Shown here in pieces: positions 26,199 through 38,990 of a stretch of 64,000 bases of DNA. Below the pieces are notes generated by a model. It did no database searches, was not told where the DNA came from, and saw only the letters and a program-made list of their open reading frames with translations. Made by a program: the position numbers and the translations under genes. The DNA is taken from the NCBI GenBank assembly GCA_964036045.1, contig OZ038378.1, positions 84,878,001 through 84,942,000 on the forward strand, given 5' to 3'. This stretch comes from Eutreptiella sp. 'Long Island Sound 2002' (taxonomy: Eukaryota > Protista > Euglenida). Each line of letters opens with the position of its first letter. Positions within the stretch are counted from its first letter, which is position 1.

Positions 26199-26494
26199 GG
26201 CGCACACCTGGTGTGTGGTCGCTGCCACACGGCAGAGCCTGGGCCCCAGAGCCGTCCATAGCCGCACGGCGTCACCGTTGGGGGTATCCAGGCAGGGGTA
26301 GGCGCACACTTGGTGTCTGGTTGCTGCCACACGGCAGAGCCTGGGCCCCAGAGCCGTCCATAGCCGCACGGCGTCACGGTTGGGGGTATCCAGGCAGGGG
26401 TAGGCGCACACTTGGTGTCTGGTTGCTGCCACACGGCAGAGCCTGGGCCCCAGAGCCGTCCATAGCCGCACGGCGTCACGGTTGGGGGTATCCA
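26199..26494 (+). repeat. 102-bp GC-rich tandem repeat, ~3 copies
   Basis: GCGCACAC(C/T)TGGTG starts at 26200, 26302 and 26404. Confidence 0.95.
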
Positions 26495-27095
26495 GACTGG
26501 GGGATCGCACGATCCCGGTGAATAAAAAATGGCTCATGGTCACGCACGTGACCTGGGGACGAAAAGGGGCCATGTCGCTTCATGGCCAGGAGGCAGGAGG
26601 TGGGCCCTGATCCTCCCCGGAAGTTCTTGTGTCGCGCAGTGTTTTCCCTCTCCCCCCAGCTGGATGTCACCGCACGGTGCTCCTCCAGTGCGGCCTGCCC
26701 CGCACGGGGCACCGCGGTGTCGCTGAGCCTTGTGACCTATTTTTCGCCCTGGCGCCCCGGTCGCACGACCACTAGGGGGACTCCCGCCGGAAACAAAAAG
26801 AGCGGGGGGGGGATTTCGTAGAAATTGTGACCCCCGCTCCCATGATTCTTCAAAAAGAGTGTTTTTACTTAGGGCGCGTCTTGGATTTCAAACCAACACC
26901 TCATGGGGGGATGTGTTTACTTGGGCAAACTAGTCATTATACAAGAAGTGAAACAAATAATTCAAAGTGCGCTTGGGTTCCATCCAACCATGTTTGTGAG
27001 GTGATTCTATTGCCTTCAGCAAGTCCACCTTGCATTTGCATGAACCACACACACCCAACGTACGGTAAAATCCACAAACAAGCTGCCTATAACAT

Positions 27096-27382
27096 AGGCA
27101 CTAGGGGCTCCCTATATTTCCTGACCCTAGTCGCTCTTTGATCTTAGTTTTTGATCTAGTCACAAATCCACAGTTTTCTAGGTGTTGCCCCCCTGTGGTC
27201 GTGGCAGGCCCCACCACCTGCATGGAGTGTACAGTACATACAGGTCCTGCGCCCCCATTGGGCTCTCGCTCTGCCTTACCCGCATCCCACCCATTGGTTA
27301 AGCTGACTTTACTGTACATACCTCTAGGCCGTTGCTGCCTAAGTACACTGTCTGCCTTGATGGCCCAACTCACCAACGTCGG
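27096..27382. other. ~290-bp foreign segment replacing ~50 bp of satellite
   Basis: Flanks CCTATAACATAG and AATAAGTTTAGGAATG align to 19596-19670; the interior matches nothing else in the window. Confidence 0.7.
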
Positions 27383-27810
27383 AATAAGTTTAGGAATGTT
27401 TGAGTACTTTCAGCTACTGCAGTCAAAAAAGGCATACGGACGTGCGGTACCAATCCCTTGGGACCCCCCTCACCCCGCACTCAATACCCAAATAAGGTGG
27501 AAAACACATAATGGTCATTTTGTGCTGTCAAAATATCAAAAAAAAAGTTTTGAAACACTTTCATTCTTGAGCATGCCAGGGTGAAGAACTGCATAAGCAG
27601 GTTGTGTACCAATCTCTTCGGACCTCCCCCTCTCCCCACACCCGATACCCAAATAAGGTGAGTATCACATAAATGCCGCCTACAAAAGTGGTCGCGACAT
27701 AAAGAAAATGTGTTGCATACGTTCCATCGCCTTCGGCACGTTCAAGACCGAGAGGATCTACTCTAGGCAACACGGACCAAAAAACGGAAAACACCACATA
27801 AATACGGGCG

Positions 27811-27989
27811 ACATGTGTATGCCGGTTTTGCCTACCGCATAAGAGAGCCCTCTGGTATACACATGTGAACTCTGCGTCTTTGCCATGCGCCCCGCTTTGC
27901 GGGGATCCGGTGTATCATATGGTGGAGACGCCCACTTTTCCAAGCACAATCTTGAGTACTCTTTCAACTTCTGGAGTCAGTCAAAAAAA
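27811..27989. other. ~180-bp foreign segment containing two hairpins
   Basis: ACATGTGTATGCCGG (27811-25) pairs with CTGGTATACACATGT (27852-66) with two G.T pairs; CCCCGC-TTT-GCGGGG at 27890-27904. Confidence 0.7.
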
Positions 27990-30900
27990 ACCAAATACCG
28001 GCAACAATGTGCTTTTCGTACGTTGGATGATCATATTAGGTGATCACAATATCAAAATTTTATTTTTTTCGATTTCTCGACGTTTGAGCCGCCGGGGGTG
28101 AAAACCTACACCAGCAGGTTGTATGCCAACCCATTCAGTCATGTAAGCCACTGTCGGTGGAAACAATTGTTTCGTGTCTTTCACACGGGTTTGGACCAGG
28201 CGGCGCGATGGCTCAAGAGTACAAAAAGGCGCCCGTTTGTATTGTACCAGGCATATTGTGTCACAAGATCCCTGCTTGCAGCCCCCAGCGTGTGCACCAC
28301 AGCGGCACCGAGGTCCTCAAAACCGCCAACGTAGCCCCAATGGCTGAAAAATTCATTAACCGCAGTACGGCTCGTCCCACTCCGCCCCACAGAAGCCCCA
28401 TGGAGTTGGCACACAAAAACACGTTTTTGATCCCATATGAATAAAAACTAACTGGTGCATGCTTTTGGACACACAACATCCAAATGGTGGGGTCATTTCT
28501 TGACAATTTTGACCCGATGCCTCTTGATGGCTGAAAACATTGGGATTCAAGTTGGGGGGGATCTTGGGGTCCGGACCAAAAGCTCATTGGAGGATATTTT
28601 TATTTGGTCAAAATAATGAGATTACAAGGAGTTAAAAAAGCAATTGAACCCCTTGAGGTAGGGCACGCAAAAATGCCCAAACAAGCCCAAGGGGGGGGGG
28701 GTATGCGCTGTTTTCCCATGTATGCGGGCACATTTGGCTTTGATCTAACAACCTCTGCGTGGTGATTCTATTGCATTTGGAAAGTCAACCTCGCATCTAC
28801 GTCGAACCACCAACACCCAACATACAGGGAAAACCTCTAAAATTGTGCCTGAAAGGTACGTCACGTACCTCGGATGGGCATTTTGGGTGCTCACAATTTC
28901 AAAACAATAGGTTTCGGGATCTTTGCTTATTGAGCTACCATAGTGATGCATCAGCCTCTTCTAGCGCGCCGTTGTGCGAGGGCCTTGGCCACTATCATGG
29001 TGACCACTCTAAGAGCTGCCTATGGCAACCCCCGGTCATGGCCGACCAACGGCTTTTTCCCACCAACCCGGGTTAACAGTGGAGCACATTTGGCGGGTCA
29101 CTACAATATTCATCTATAGAGCGTGGTGCAATGTCTATTTTCGGATGTAATTTTGTTTACCCGCCCAAATTCGGGGAACGTACCAAAATGTTACGCAAAT
29201 CACTCAAAGAATCACAAGAGACATTTGAAAACGTGCGAGACGCTTTTGATAAAGTGAAATCGCATGGACCCACAATTTTTTGTGCTCAAAGAGGTGGTTC
29301 TAACATAACCAAACATCTACAAACAATTGATTCGCAGCTTTTGAAACGTTCAACGATGAAATTAACGAAGATTTCTCAACGTCAGCCATGATGACCAAGA
29401 CCTCAGACATTCCAAATAATGAAAGTTAATCACACACCTTATGAACAAGTTTGCCATGAGTTTATGCTCACTGCTTATTGCGTGAAAAGAACCTCCCTGA
29501 AACTAGTCTTTTTTTCGCACGGAGTAATGTATGCAAGCCAAAAATGAGTAGGAAATTGGTAATGTTTTTGAAGAAAAAGGCAATCACACCATAGCGGCCT
29601 TACTACGGAATTGTTAGCGTTCATAGTGAGCGGAAGTCCGAGAGGGGCAGCCTTCAGTACATATATCAACCATCTCCCATGGGTTAACCATGTAAACCAC
29701 CTGCTCCTCAAAACCGCCGCGCTCTCACTCACTAGGCAGCCATGTAGCTTGTATCGGTGCTTACGCACATGGTGGCCAAGCAACCACAACTACACAAAGT
29801 GGATCGCCGGAAAGCCATCCGATGAGCTAGGCTACAGTGGGACCATGTTTCCCGTGCATAGACACACTTCCACCCACCCTCGACGAAGCCAAAAGCCGTC
29901 TTGGAAAAGATCAAACAATTCTACCACTGGCTATAGCAAGGGACCCCAGGCTAACCATGTGCACAGGCTAGGTCTTGTAATATGACTGTACTCAGCTGGA
30001 ACATTTGAAATAGGCCTTCATCTCGCCAATTAGTTATTATCACCTGTGAACTTCATCTGATCTTTTCTCTCTGAAGATCCACAAAATGTTTTCCGTGAGA
30101 CCCAAATCTTGACGAACGACGTCCCCAACCCTGCGGCAATGCACAGCACATATGCATAGGGTGGAGACTATGCATCAATGGCTAGCTCGGCTTGTGTCAT
30201 TCGTATTTATGGGAGCCAGGTCTGCTTCCCAAAGCATGGTCCCACAGGTGTGGTGCACGCGCGAAACACACACCCGAAGTTGTGAAAGCCGTTTGCGCAA
30301 AATTCTCCAGAAGTATTTTTCACACCTTTAGTACCACAACAAAATAGATGAATAATCCTCTGCATGTAATTTTGAACTATTGTGAGCCAATATTTTTTAT
30401 AGATGCCGTATGCCGCTAAAAGGGAGCAATTTGCAACTTGCAGCAAAGGCGGCAGCAGGCATACTGGGCCGCACAGCAGCACGTAACCCACCATACAAGG
30501 ATTCCGATGAACTCCGGGCCGCCGCTATTGACAGGGAAAACGAAACGTTGCATCTGATCATTTTTGCCGTCAACATACGCAAAAATTGCCGGTCGCCGCA
30601 GTTTTGCACATGCACTAAAAGTGACGAACAAGAGGTGGGCTATTGTGTTGCAAGCTGACTTTTGCCCTTTGTACCACATGTTCAGACTAGTATGTACACA
30701 ACATAGCACAAAACAACAATAAAGCAAAGAGTACTTAAGCCCTAGGATGAGGCCTCAACCCATATAGAAGATGGGTATGAGGACCCAAGACCTCCGACTT
30801 GACATTAATACGGGGGCAGAGAATAACTCCACATGGGCTGTGGTTGGGTCAAGAAATTAGGGTCCATGACCGTTGCACTTGGGGTCATATTCCCTGGTTT

Positions 30901-33900
30901 TCGGACCATCACGCTACAAGGGGGGGTAACAACCACATCATATCTCCAAGCCTTCCGTGATCCAAGGCGCTTTATGCTGTGAGGAAATACTCCATGACGT
31001 TCCTTCGCGGGGCGTTGGTTGGCAGTCTCGATTCTCTGGGTAGCTGAGTAGGAGAAGCAAATCACAAATATTCGCTTAGGCAAAGATGACCAAAATGACA
31101 TACCTAGGCAGGTTATCTTGAGTAGGTGAATTTGGGCATACATAAGATCCAGGATCATATATCAAAGACCTAAGCCCTCATTTACAATCATGCATTGGGA
31201 CTTTAAAAGATCCTCCAATGCTTCCAATAGATATCCAATGGGATAGTCCCATGAGATGGCACAAAACAGCGAAAAACAGGGTCATCTTGATTGATGCATG
31301 TTACCATAAGTGCTATAACATGCGTATGCACGGAGGAGCAAATAGGAAACTCACTAGGGGTGGTTTTTTGGTCTTTTGCTTGAAACCTTGCATAGCGTCC
31401 AGTCCTATGTCGCGTCTCCTTCGAGATATGATAATCAAGAGATGGCCCACTGTGCGAAAAAACACGATTTTTGATCAAAATGCGGGGATCCATCGATGGC
31501 ATATCTCCACGCACACGGCAAGGTGGAAAGCAAGTAACGATTTGTTGGAAAGGGGGGACTTGAGTGTCATATATGCACAATCCTAGGTTCATTTGGAACT
31601 ACTAGCTATTTTTCTCTTTTGAGGAAAGAGAGCCCATGAAAGCGTGAACTTGCACGGATAGCCTATTTAGGCAACCCCTCGAAGCCGATACCCAACGCCA
31701 AGCCTCAAAGGGCGTATAGCCTATTTGAGGCTTTTTGGTGTACCCCTTCCAAAATGCCTTGGTACTCCCACAAGAGGTGCATGGTCACCGGGGTCGAAAT
31801 CAGGGGGAGACATACCTGGGTGGCGGTTTGGCCAAAATGCTCCAAAATGGCGCAAAAAGTCTAGCTTCACGATTTATTATTTCCGGTTCCCAAGATATTT
31901 GGACTTTGGGGAAATGCATGCAGGTACCCCATGTCCTCAAGTCGGGACACCACATGGTTTCGGTTAGGACACACACTCTAGGTATTTTTTGGCAGTGAAT
32001 CTTTAAAACACGCGAAAAAGCCCAAAAACCCTAAAAGTGGCCAAAATATTACTTATAGCGACAAGGCGTCATCGGGACATTACAACATGGCATATAGGCA
32101 AATTGAGAGTACCTACGTTGTGCCTCCAAAACATACTTAGCTTAGGCTAAGCGTCCCTAAGGTCAACATGGTCGCCATATGCACACGTGACAAAAACTGC
32201 AATATGCGCCATGTACTCCCAAAACGCCGTTATGTGAAATAGACCACAACGTTGGAAAAATGAATGAATGTAGGGCGGCCACGGACGCAGCCTGTTGGCG
32301 CATCTTGCTGCTTGTTTTACTTGTTTTACTTCCTCCGGGTTACCCGGGTCACCCGGGGCCTGACCCGTGGTAGGATTCCTTCAGGTGCTGCACTGACGGG
32401 TGCCTTTTCCAATCCCCTCTCGGAGGTTCCTCCGGTCTACCCCCCCCCCCCCCCCCGGCACAGCTTGGGCACGTGCAGGCAGGCTTCCCGTGGATAGCTT
32501 TGCCGACAACGAAGCATTTCCATCGACCACATTCCACCGCTCCCCATCCCTCACGGCTTGCAGTACCCACGCGGCTCCCGGACGCACTTGGTTATCGTCC
32601 ATCCGCGGAAGGAGGGCAGGGGGTGACACTTTTCCTCGTTCGCCGGGTTCGGCTCACGCCTAAACCCACACATACACGGGCCATTGACCCCGTGGCCTCG
32701 GGGTCCACCCTCACGCCGGCGGACGCCTCACGGCTGTCCTAGTGTCCAGGGTATATTCCCGACTTCCCGTGGTCACGCCCCCCATGGTTGGCCCATGGTT
32801 CGTCTCTCCATAGGGACCGGTGGCCGGGTCCCATAGGGATGTTTCTTTGGTCTGCCAGCTTCGGAGACGCCACCGTGGGTTTCCCCTTTCTTATGTCTCC
32901 CGCTCTCATCCCGCGGTCCATGTCTTCTCTTCCCCTTGCCTTGCCCCTGTCGCCTAACCTTGTTTCCGTGGTGTTGGACAAGCCACCACGCGTTTCTCCT
33001 TCCCCTGCGTCCTGGCGTACCTAGCATTCACCGTTGTGTCCGCGGCGCTGTATTTGGCCACAACCCCTGGTAGGCCGCTCTTGCTGTGGATGCTCCTATC
33101 CTGGGCCCCGGTCTGCGTTGGTCTCCTTCCCCACCGCTTCTGCCTCTGCCTTGCAGACGTTGTTCATGTCCTGGGTCTTGCCCCCTTAGCTGCTCCTATC
33201 TAGGATCCCCCTCCGTCCCTTCCCCTTCGGAACGCCAGCACGTTTTTGCCCTGCTTGTGCTGCTCTTTAGCGTTCCCCAGGCTCCTTGGACGCTCCGAGC
33301 GGCGCCAGGTTTCTTCTCCTCGGTCCTATGTAGGTCCATGCACGCCCTGGCTGTACCTGCCTCTAGTCTATGGCCTGCATGGCGTGTTTATACCCCACCG
33401 GGCCGACAGGACCTTTGTGGTGCGGGCCCGAAGGACCGTTTCGTGCCAATTGCTTAGGTTGCTCGTACTGTATCCTTGCCGCTCTCTTTGTCTTTCCTCT
33501 ACCCTATACCATTGGCGATGTGTTTCCCTGTGCCCTCACCCTGTCTAAGGTCCTCTTCTCACGCCACTCCCTGCCTGGCTGCTCACCCTGTGGTGCGGGC
33601 GCGTCTACCCTGAGCGCCCTGCTAACCCCTGTTGGCCCGCTTTTTCTCCCTATGTCCTATGCCTACTTCCCTCCCCTATTCCGTGTTTTTTCAGCCTTTG
33701 CCTTCTCAATATCCTCTTCTCTCTACCTCTCTACCTCTCTGCCCCTACTCCCTCCCTGTCCCTGCGCCCTCCGCTTGTCAGCTGTTCTTTTTTTCGTCGG
33801 CACGTAATGACAAAAAAAAGCAGCATAATAGGAAAACCTGGTCACGTACTTGCGTCGTGCTTTCCTTCTTCCTCCCGCCCTTTTAACCTAATTCCGGCAC

Positions 33901-34929
33901 GTACAACTCCAAAAGCCTGTGCTTCTCTTCTCGTGCTGCGTGTCTGCTAATCCCTAATGGTTCCCGCGGCCTCCCCCTTGATGCAGGCTCCGCGCTGCCC
34001 CCCCAGCCATGCCAGGGGGCCGCATCCCTCCATGAGCCCTCTCCTCTAGCCCACCCTCTCCCCGCTCTCCGCGGCGTTTGTGCCCTCAGCCCATCCCTCG
34101 TGGCCCACTGTTTGGCGCCATCACATATCCACTGCCGTGCGCCCTTCATCCTCGCGTTGCCGTGCCCTTGCCACCCTTTACCATCGCCGTCTTCCCTTCG
34201 TTCTTCCCCTGCTTGGTGCCTGCTCGCCGGTTGTTGTTGCTCCCGCTCCCCACTCCCGTCGCTCCTCCCCGTGTCCTTCCTGCGGCACGATTTGCCGCGA
34301 CTGCACCTGCCTCCACGCCGGCACCCTGTCCTCCTCCCGGTAGGCCGACCGCAGTGAGCGCCGCAAGAGGACCGCCGGGGGCATCTCCTCCCCGTCCACC
34401 CCGCCGGTCTCCGCTCCATACGTTCTCTGATATTGGACCGGTCCGCGGGCGCCCTCTACGGGTGGATCATATCCATTATTCTTCTCTATAATGCATTGCA
34501 GCATGCATGTTTCCTGTGTTTCTCCGCCTCTTGCCCCCCCCCCCCCCAGGTCCCTCATGTTCTCCCGTCACCATACTCGCGCACCCTTCGTTCTGTCCGT
34601 CCTCTCCTTGGTACTGCTCCCTGTTCCCTCGCCGCCCATACCCTCACACCCCCTCGCGTTCCCCTCCCTGTCCCTCTCTGTCTCTCTCTCGCTATCTTGT
34701 ACCCCCTGCGCCGTGGGGTACTGCCCTTGCCCATACCTCTCCCCTGTCCGTTCGGCCCTCTCTTGTTCTGCCCAGGACCTTTCCTCCACCCTGAGCGGTC
34801 TGCCCTTGGCCCCTCATCCGCTAGGCGCGTACCGCACCTCGCAGCCCACCGAGCTACATGTGATTGGGTTGGTTAGTATTTGGGGGGAACTCCCCGAACC
34901 CTAGGGGGAACTCCCCGAACCCTGTTGGT

Positions 34930-36480
34930 CGTTCCCTTGCTCCTTCATCGTGCCGGGTAGCCACGGCCGTCACGCTACGCCGTGGGGCATGGGGAATCTA
35001 TTGGTGCTCTCTGGTGAACAGGGCCGCCGTGGCATACTAGATTGGGAAACCCGACGTAGTGTGCCGGATCCACCATCCCTCCATGATCAATCCTCGGTGG
35101 CCCCTGCCTGCCCGCTCCAAGGACGCCCGCAATTTCTGAGGCAACCACTTGGTTGGTGGCTTGCCACTTGCATCGGCTTCGTGCAGCGGCACCCGGATCA
35201 GCGTGTTGATTATGGGCTCCCATTGCACGTTGCCCAGGCTGCACTGCTCGTCCGTGGCCTTGTATTCTCCTCCTATGGTCTTGTGGCCCGGGATCCATAT
35301 GAAAAGGTGTTTGTTCTCTTTTGGTGCCCGCTGCCACACCGCCAAGCCTAGGCTGTGCATGTTGATGTTTCACTTGGTTTCTCGAACATCATCCACGGCC
35401 CCGCAATGCTTGTGGCACGTGTTCGTGACGGCTTTGGCCAACGCCACGACGACGTCCCGCAAAGAAAAGGTGCCCGGTCGCACCGTGTTGACCAACTGTC
35501 CGATTTGTGGCAACACCCAGCGCCGTGCTGGGGCTTCCCTATGCTGCTTGCACATCACATTGTAGCGGCCATTCACTTTGTTGTATTGCTAGATAGCGGC
35601 CTCCCTTAACACAGCTTCGAACATCTCCCTTGGTTGGAGAGATGCTCTTCGGTGTTTGTTCACCTCTCCTTCCTCTGTTTTATGCCTCTTGTCCGCCTGT
35701 TCCTCGCCCACAACCGTCTTGGTGTCCTCGTCGTCCGACACGAGGTGCATCGTGACGGCCCTAACCGGCTGTGGTGTTGCCTCCGCGTATCCGACGGCCG
35801 TGGATACGTTGTGGCCACTGTCGAATCCTGCCTCCGGTATGGCTTCCGGCGACCGGGACTGACTTGTGCGCTGCAGGATGGCGGGCGGCAGCTCAACTTG
35901 TGGGACTTAGGTAGGTCCCGCTCGTCGTTGCTCACGCCCCTCGTGCCCTTGCCTGCCATTCCCTTTCTGTGACCCTTCTCCCCCTAGAAACCCTTGCCTG
36001 CATGCCTCCAGCCTTGCCTCCATCACTCGGCCTCTCGCCGTTCCCACCAAGGTGAAACCCGTTGCCCCGGCGGTGTGTGCGGCCGTGCGGCGGACCCCGT
36101 GGTTGGGGGTGTGTCCCGCCACTGCTAGCCGCCATTCGCTTGCCTTGCTGTGCACTTGCACCCTCTACCAGTTCGTGACGCAATGCTTGGGAAAGCTGCA
36201 GCTGGGTCTAAAAGAGGTTGGTACCCATCACCGACACGTGATTGACCACGTCAACTCTGCCCTCCACCCTCATGTCTGCTGTAACCTCCCCCACCCCCCC
36301 TCGCGTCGCCCCAACCCTTCCACCAGGCAGACTGGCCTACCGCTGCTTGCCCCATGGGTGCCGCTCACGCCTCCAAGGATTTCCAAGCATTTCCCAATTG
36401 GCGCTTGACTCAACCACAATTTCGCGTCCCTAGTTGCCTTCGGTCCTTGCTGCCCTGTCTCTATTTGCCCTGACACCTGA
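34930..36480 (-). mobile_element. Decayed non-LTR retrotransposon C-terminal half with RNase H remnant
   Basis: Minus strand gives LGRREGGWG (~36330; post-RT GGLG-like motif), then HLFIWIPGHKTIGGEYKATD (~35250-35310; RNase H C-terminal motif). A pyrimidine-rich plus strand continues to ~32900, and (AATG)3 at 32260-32271 may be the 3' tail. Confidence 0.5.
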
Positions 36481-37236
36481 TGTTGTTTCTTTCCATGCCC
36501 TCTCCAACCTCATAATGGATGCAAAACTGCTTTGCAAGGCAGTGGGTGTACCAGCATTCGTTCTTGTATAGTGAAGTCAATCTTCAGCCAGCTGCTCCAG
36601 CTCCGATTTTCAAGCCTTTCCAACCTGTAATGCATGCGAACCTCCTACGCATGCTCAAAACAGATTTCCTGTCGCCTGCCTCCGAATTGCTATTTTTTTT
36701 TAGCCAGTTTTAGGCCTCCTCTACACAGGAGCCGCCTATCGGACAACAATGAACCCTGGAGTAGACCTGAAACTGGGAAGTGAAGATTCCGGACGCACAT
36801 TCATGCTATTTCTACGTTCCTTCGTGTCTGTTTGGTTCCGCACTGCGCATACGAGGAGCAACCTACCGAGCTCTTGAATCGCAATATCTGTGTGTGCACC
36901 GCATGATTGTGGCATTTCTTGGCTGCCACCACACACTTGGTACCCCTAATGCTTCTCACTCACCCGCGAATGGGAGTAGGGCCGCGCAGCCTGACCACCT
37001 TTGTTTCCTATTGATCCTTTTGCGCATCGCACCACTGCTCCAGCTTCACCTCCTGAGCCCCACTGACCCAGACCCTGAAGCAGGATAAGGGTGATTCTGT
37101 ACGAGGGGCTGGCTCCTCCTGAATTGGCGAGTGAATGCTCGGACATACAAGACACAGTTCCTTTGTGCCTTGGCTAGGGATGCAAATAAGAATCGCGCCA
37201 TTTGGGGGAGGGGGTGGGGTGGGGGGGGGCTTGGCA

Positions 37237-37508
37237 GACCATGGACATGTCCATGGTTTGATGTCCATGGTCCATCCATGAGTTGCTGTTTAGGCTCTGT
37301 CCATGGTGTGACCATAGTCTGTCCATGGTCTGTCCATGGTCTACCCATGGTCTATCCATGGTCTGTGCATGGTCTGTGCATGGTCTGTCCATATTCTATC
37401 CATGGTCTGTGCATGGTCTATCCATGGTCTGTCCATGGTCTGTGCATGGTCTGTGCATGGTCTATCCATGGTCTGTGCATGGTCTGTGCATGGTCTGTCC
37501 ATGGTCTG
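37237..37508 (+). repeat. 11-bp minisatellite (CCATGGTCTGT / GCATGGTCTAT variants)
   Basis: About 20 units read directly. Confidence 0.95.
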
Positions 37509-37891
37509 GTCTCTTCTTTGCCCCTTCTCTCCTCTCTTCCTTCTTTTTTGCATGCCCTATGACCATGATGTTGATGTTGATGTTGATGCTGCCAGTCTCC
37601 CAGATAGCATGCATGTATGCATGGGAGGTATGGGTTACACTTCATGCCCGTCTAGACTTGTGGACCTGTAGACCCATGGACGGCCAGACCATGGACGGCT
37701 AGATCTTGGACGGGACAGGAGGGGGGGGGAGGGACCCAGGGAGACCAACACCCCCCCCCCCCCATTCGCATCCCTGGCCTTAGTGTTAGGCTTCGGAGCT
37801 GCAGGTTGAGTTGTTGGGTTTGGCACGGAGGTCTTGAATTTCTTGGGCATCTGCATCATTGGTATTGCTGCAAGTAAAATACAATTTCCCC

Positions 37892-38990
37892 CAATTCGCC
37901 GACCCCACACCGCAACAGCCGCCATCACCCCTATGGCTGACTAGGTTTGTTGCGCAAACACTGCCACCACGGGAAAAAGCACAAAACCTGCGCAACCAAG
38001 TCGGAGTGCCAATGCGGTGTTACGCCCAGAACCGTACACGCAAGGCTGAAACAGCAACAACGCAGCCCATAGACCCCAAACTGTGGCTCCAGGCTGCGCA
38101 CGCCGCAAATGACGACGAGGCAGTGTCATGGTTTGCGAGCATACACGGGACATGCACGTTGACTCAGGAAGAACGAACTCCAAAACGTCGACGCCTCGAT
38201 AGTGACACCAAGCGGTGGGAGCACTACCTAACGGCCTCCGGCAAGCTGGCTGGGCAGCACGCACAACGCGCCCACAACACCTACTGCAACGCACATGCAG
38301 CAGAGGTAACACGACGGCACCTACAAGAACTACACACAGTATACACCAACACACTAACACCCAAAACAGAATACCACCTGCTGGTAACAAACCTGATCAA
38401 GGAGCATATAGAAGCACAGCGACTACACAATACATATACAACAATGTGCCTGGAACGCCGACAATGGTGCGAAAAGGCAAAACACGACACAGTGAGACGG
38501 TACGCGGACATGAAAACATCACTCCTTACATACGAGAGGTTTGAGAATGCGCATAGACACCAACTTGCTGCTGGCCCACCACATGCAACAGGCACATTAC
38601 ACGTGGCGTCAACAGGAACACATCATGAACTTGATGCAGCGGATCAAAAGTAGCTACCAACAGAAAACGACACTGTACTGGGATGTGTCCAAGCAAGCAC
38701 GTCAGACAATATACCTCATACGGAAACGACAGCGGGAACAATGGGACCCCACCTGGTGGGAAGTCCCATTGCAACCATTTCCAAAACGACAAAAAGCGCA
38801 CTGGGATCCAAATGAGTGGGAAATCCCGCTAACATGACCACACCAACCCCGGGGAAACATGGGGGCCTAGCCATGAGCTGAAGCCCGTATGCTCACCCTG
38901 GCATTGCCGAAATCTGTATTTAGCTTCGAACTTGGCCCACAGCGGCTCTTGGCACTCTCGGAACTGGCCTATTTGATCAAAAAAAAAAAA
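37892..38990 (+). mobile_element. 5'-truncated retroposed unit with poly(A) and 20-bp TSD, encoding copy B of the Trp-rich-tail ORF
   Basis: AAGTAAAATACAATTTCCCC at 37872-37891 and 38989-39008; A-run 38979-38990. The ORF is open from the 5' junction, has one frameshift near 38545 and ends WDPTWWEVPLQPFPKRQKAHWDPNEWEIPLT* at 38837. Confidence 0.88.

Larger units (their letters stand above)
23197..26789. mobile_element. 3.6-kb composite insertion in the macrosatellite (unique ends, minisatellite core)
   Basis: Host sequence stops at GAAACAACAGAG (23185-23196) and resumes at GAAACAAAAAGAG (26790-26802), matching the intact site at ~19298. Confidence 0.65.
5810..28958. repeat. Macrosatellite with ~4.1-kb period (about 5 units), each unit built from diverged ~1-kb subrepeats
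   Basis: Marker GAAAAACTGCATAAGCA...GTGTACCAATC at ~5827, 11577, 15745, 19858 and 27585. ORF-track paralogues recur at 9328/13429, 11407/15619, 17538/21632. Core CATTCACTCATGTAAG variants occur about 3 times per unit. Confidence 0.92.

Noticed and set aside
29560-30020. Weak resemblance to an ADP-ribosyltransferase fold (YIN.L...SLYR) and to a LINE endonuclease start (VLSWNI)
   Set aside because: Too few residues and interrupted by stops; cannot be supported without a profile search.
37131-37702. Cys/Met/Trp-rich ORFs (MVCAWSVHGL...)
   Set aside because: Translation of the 11-bp minisatellite.
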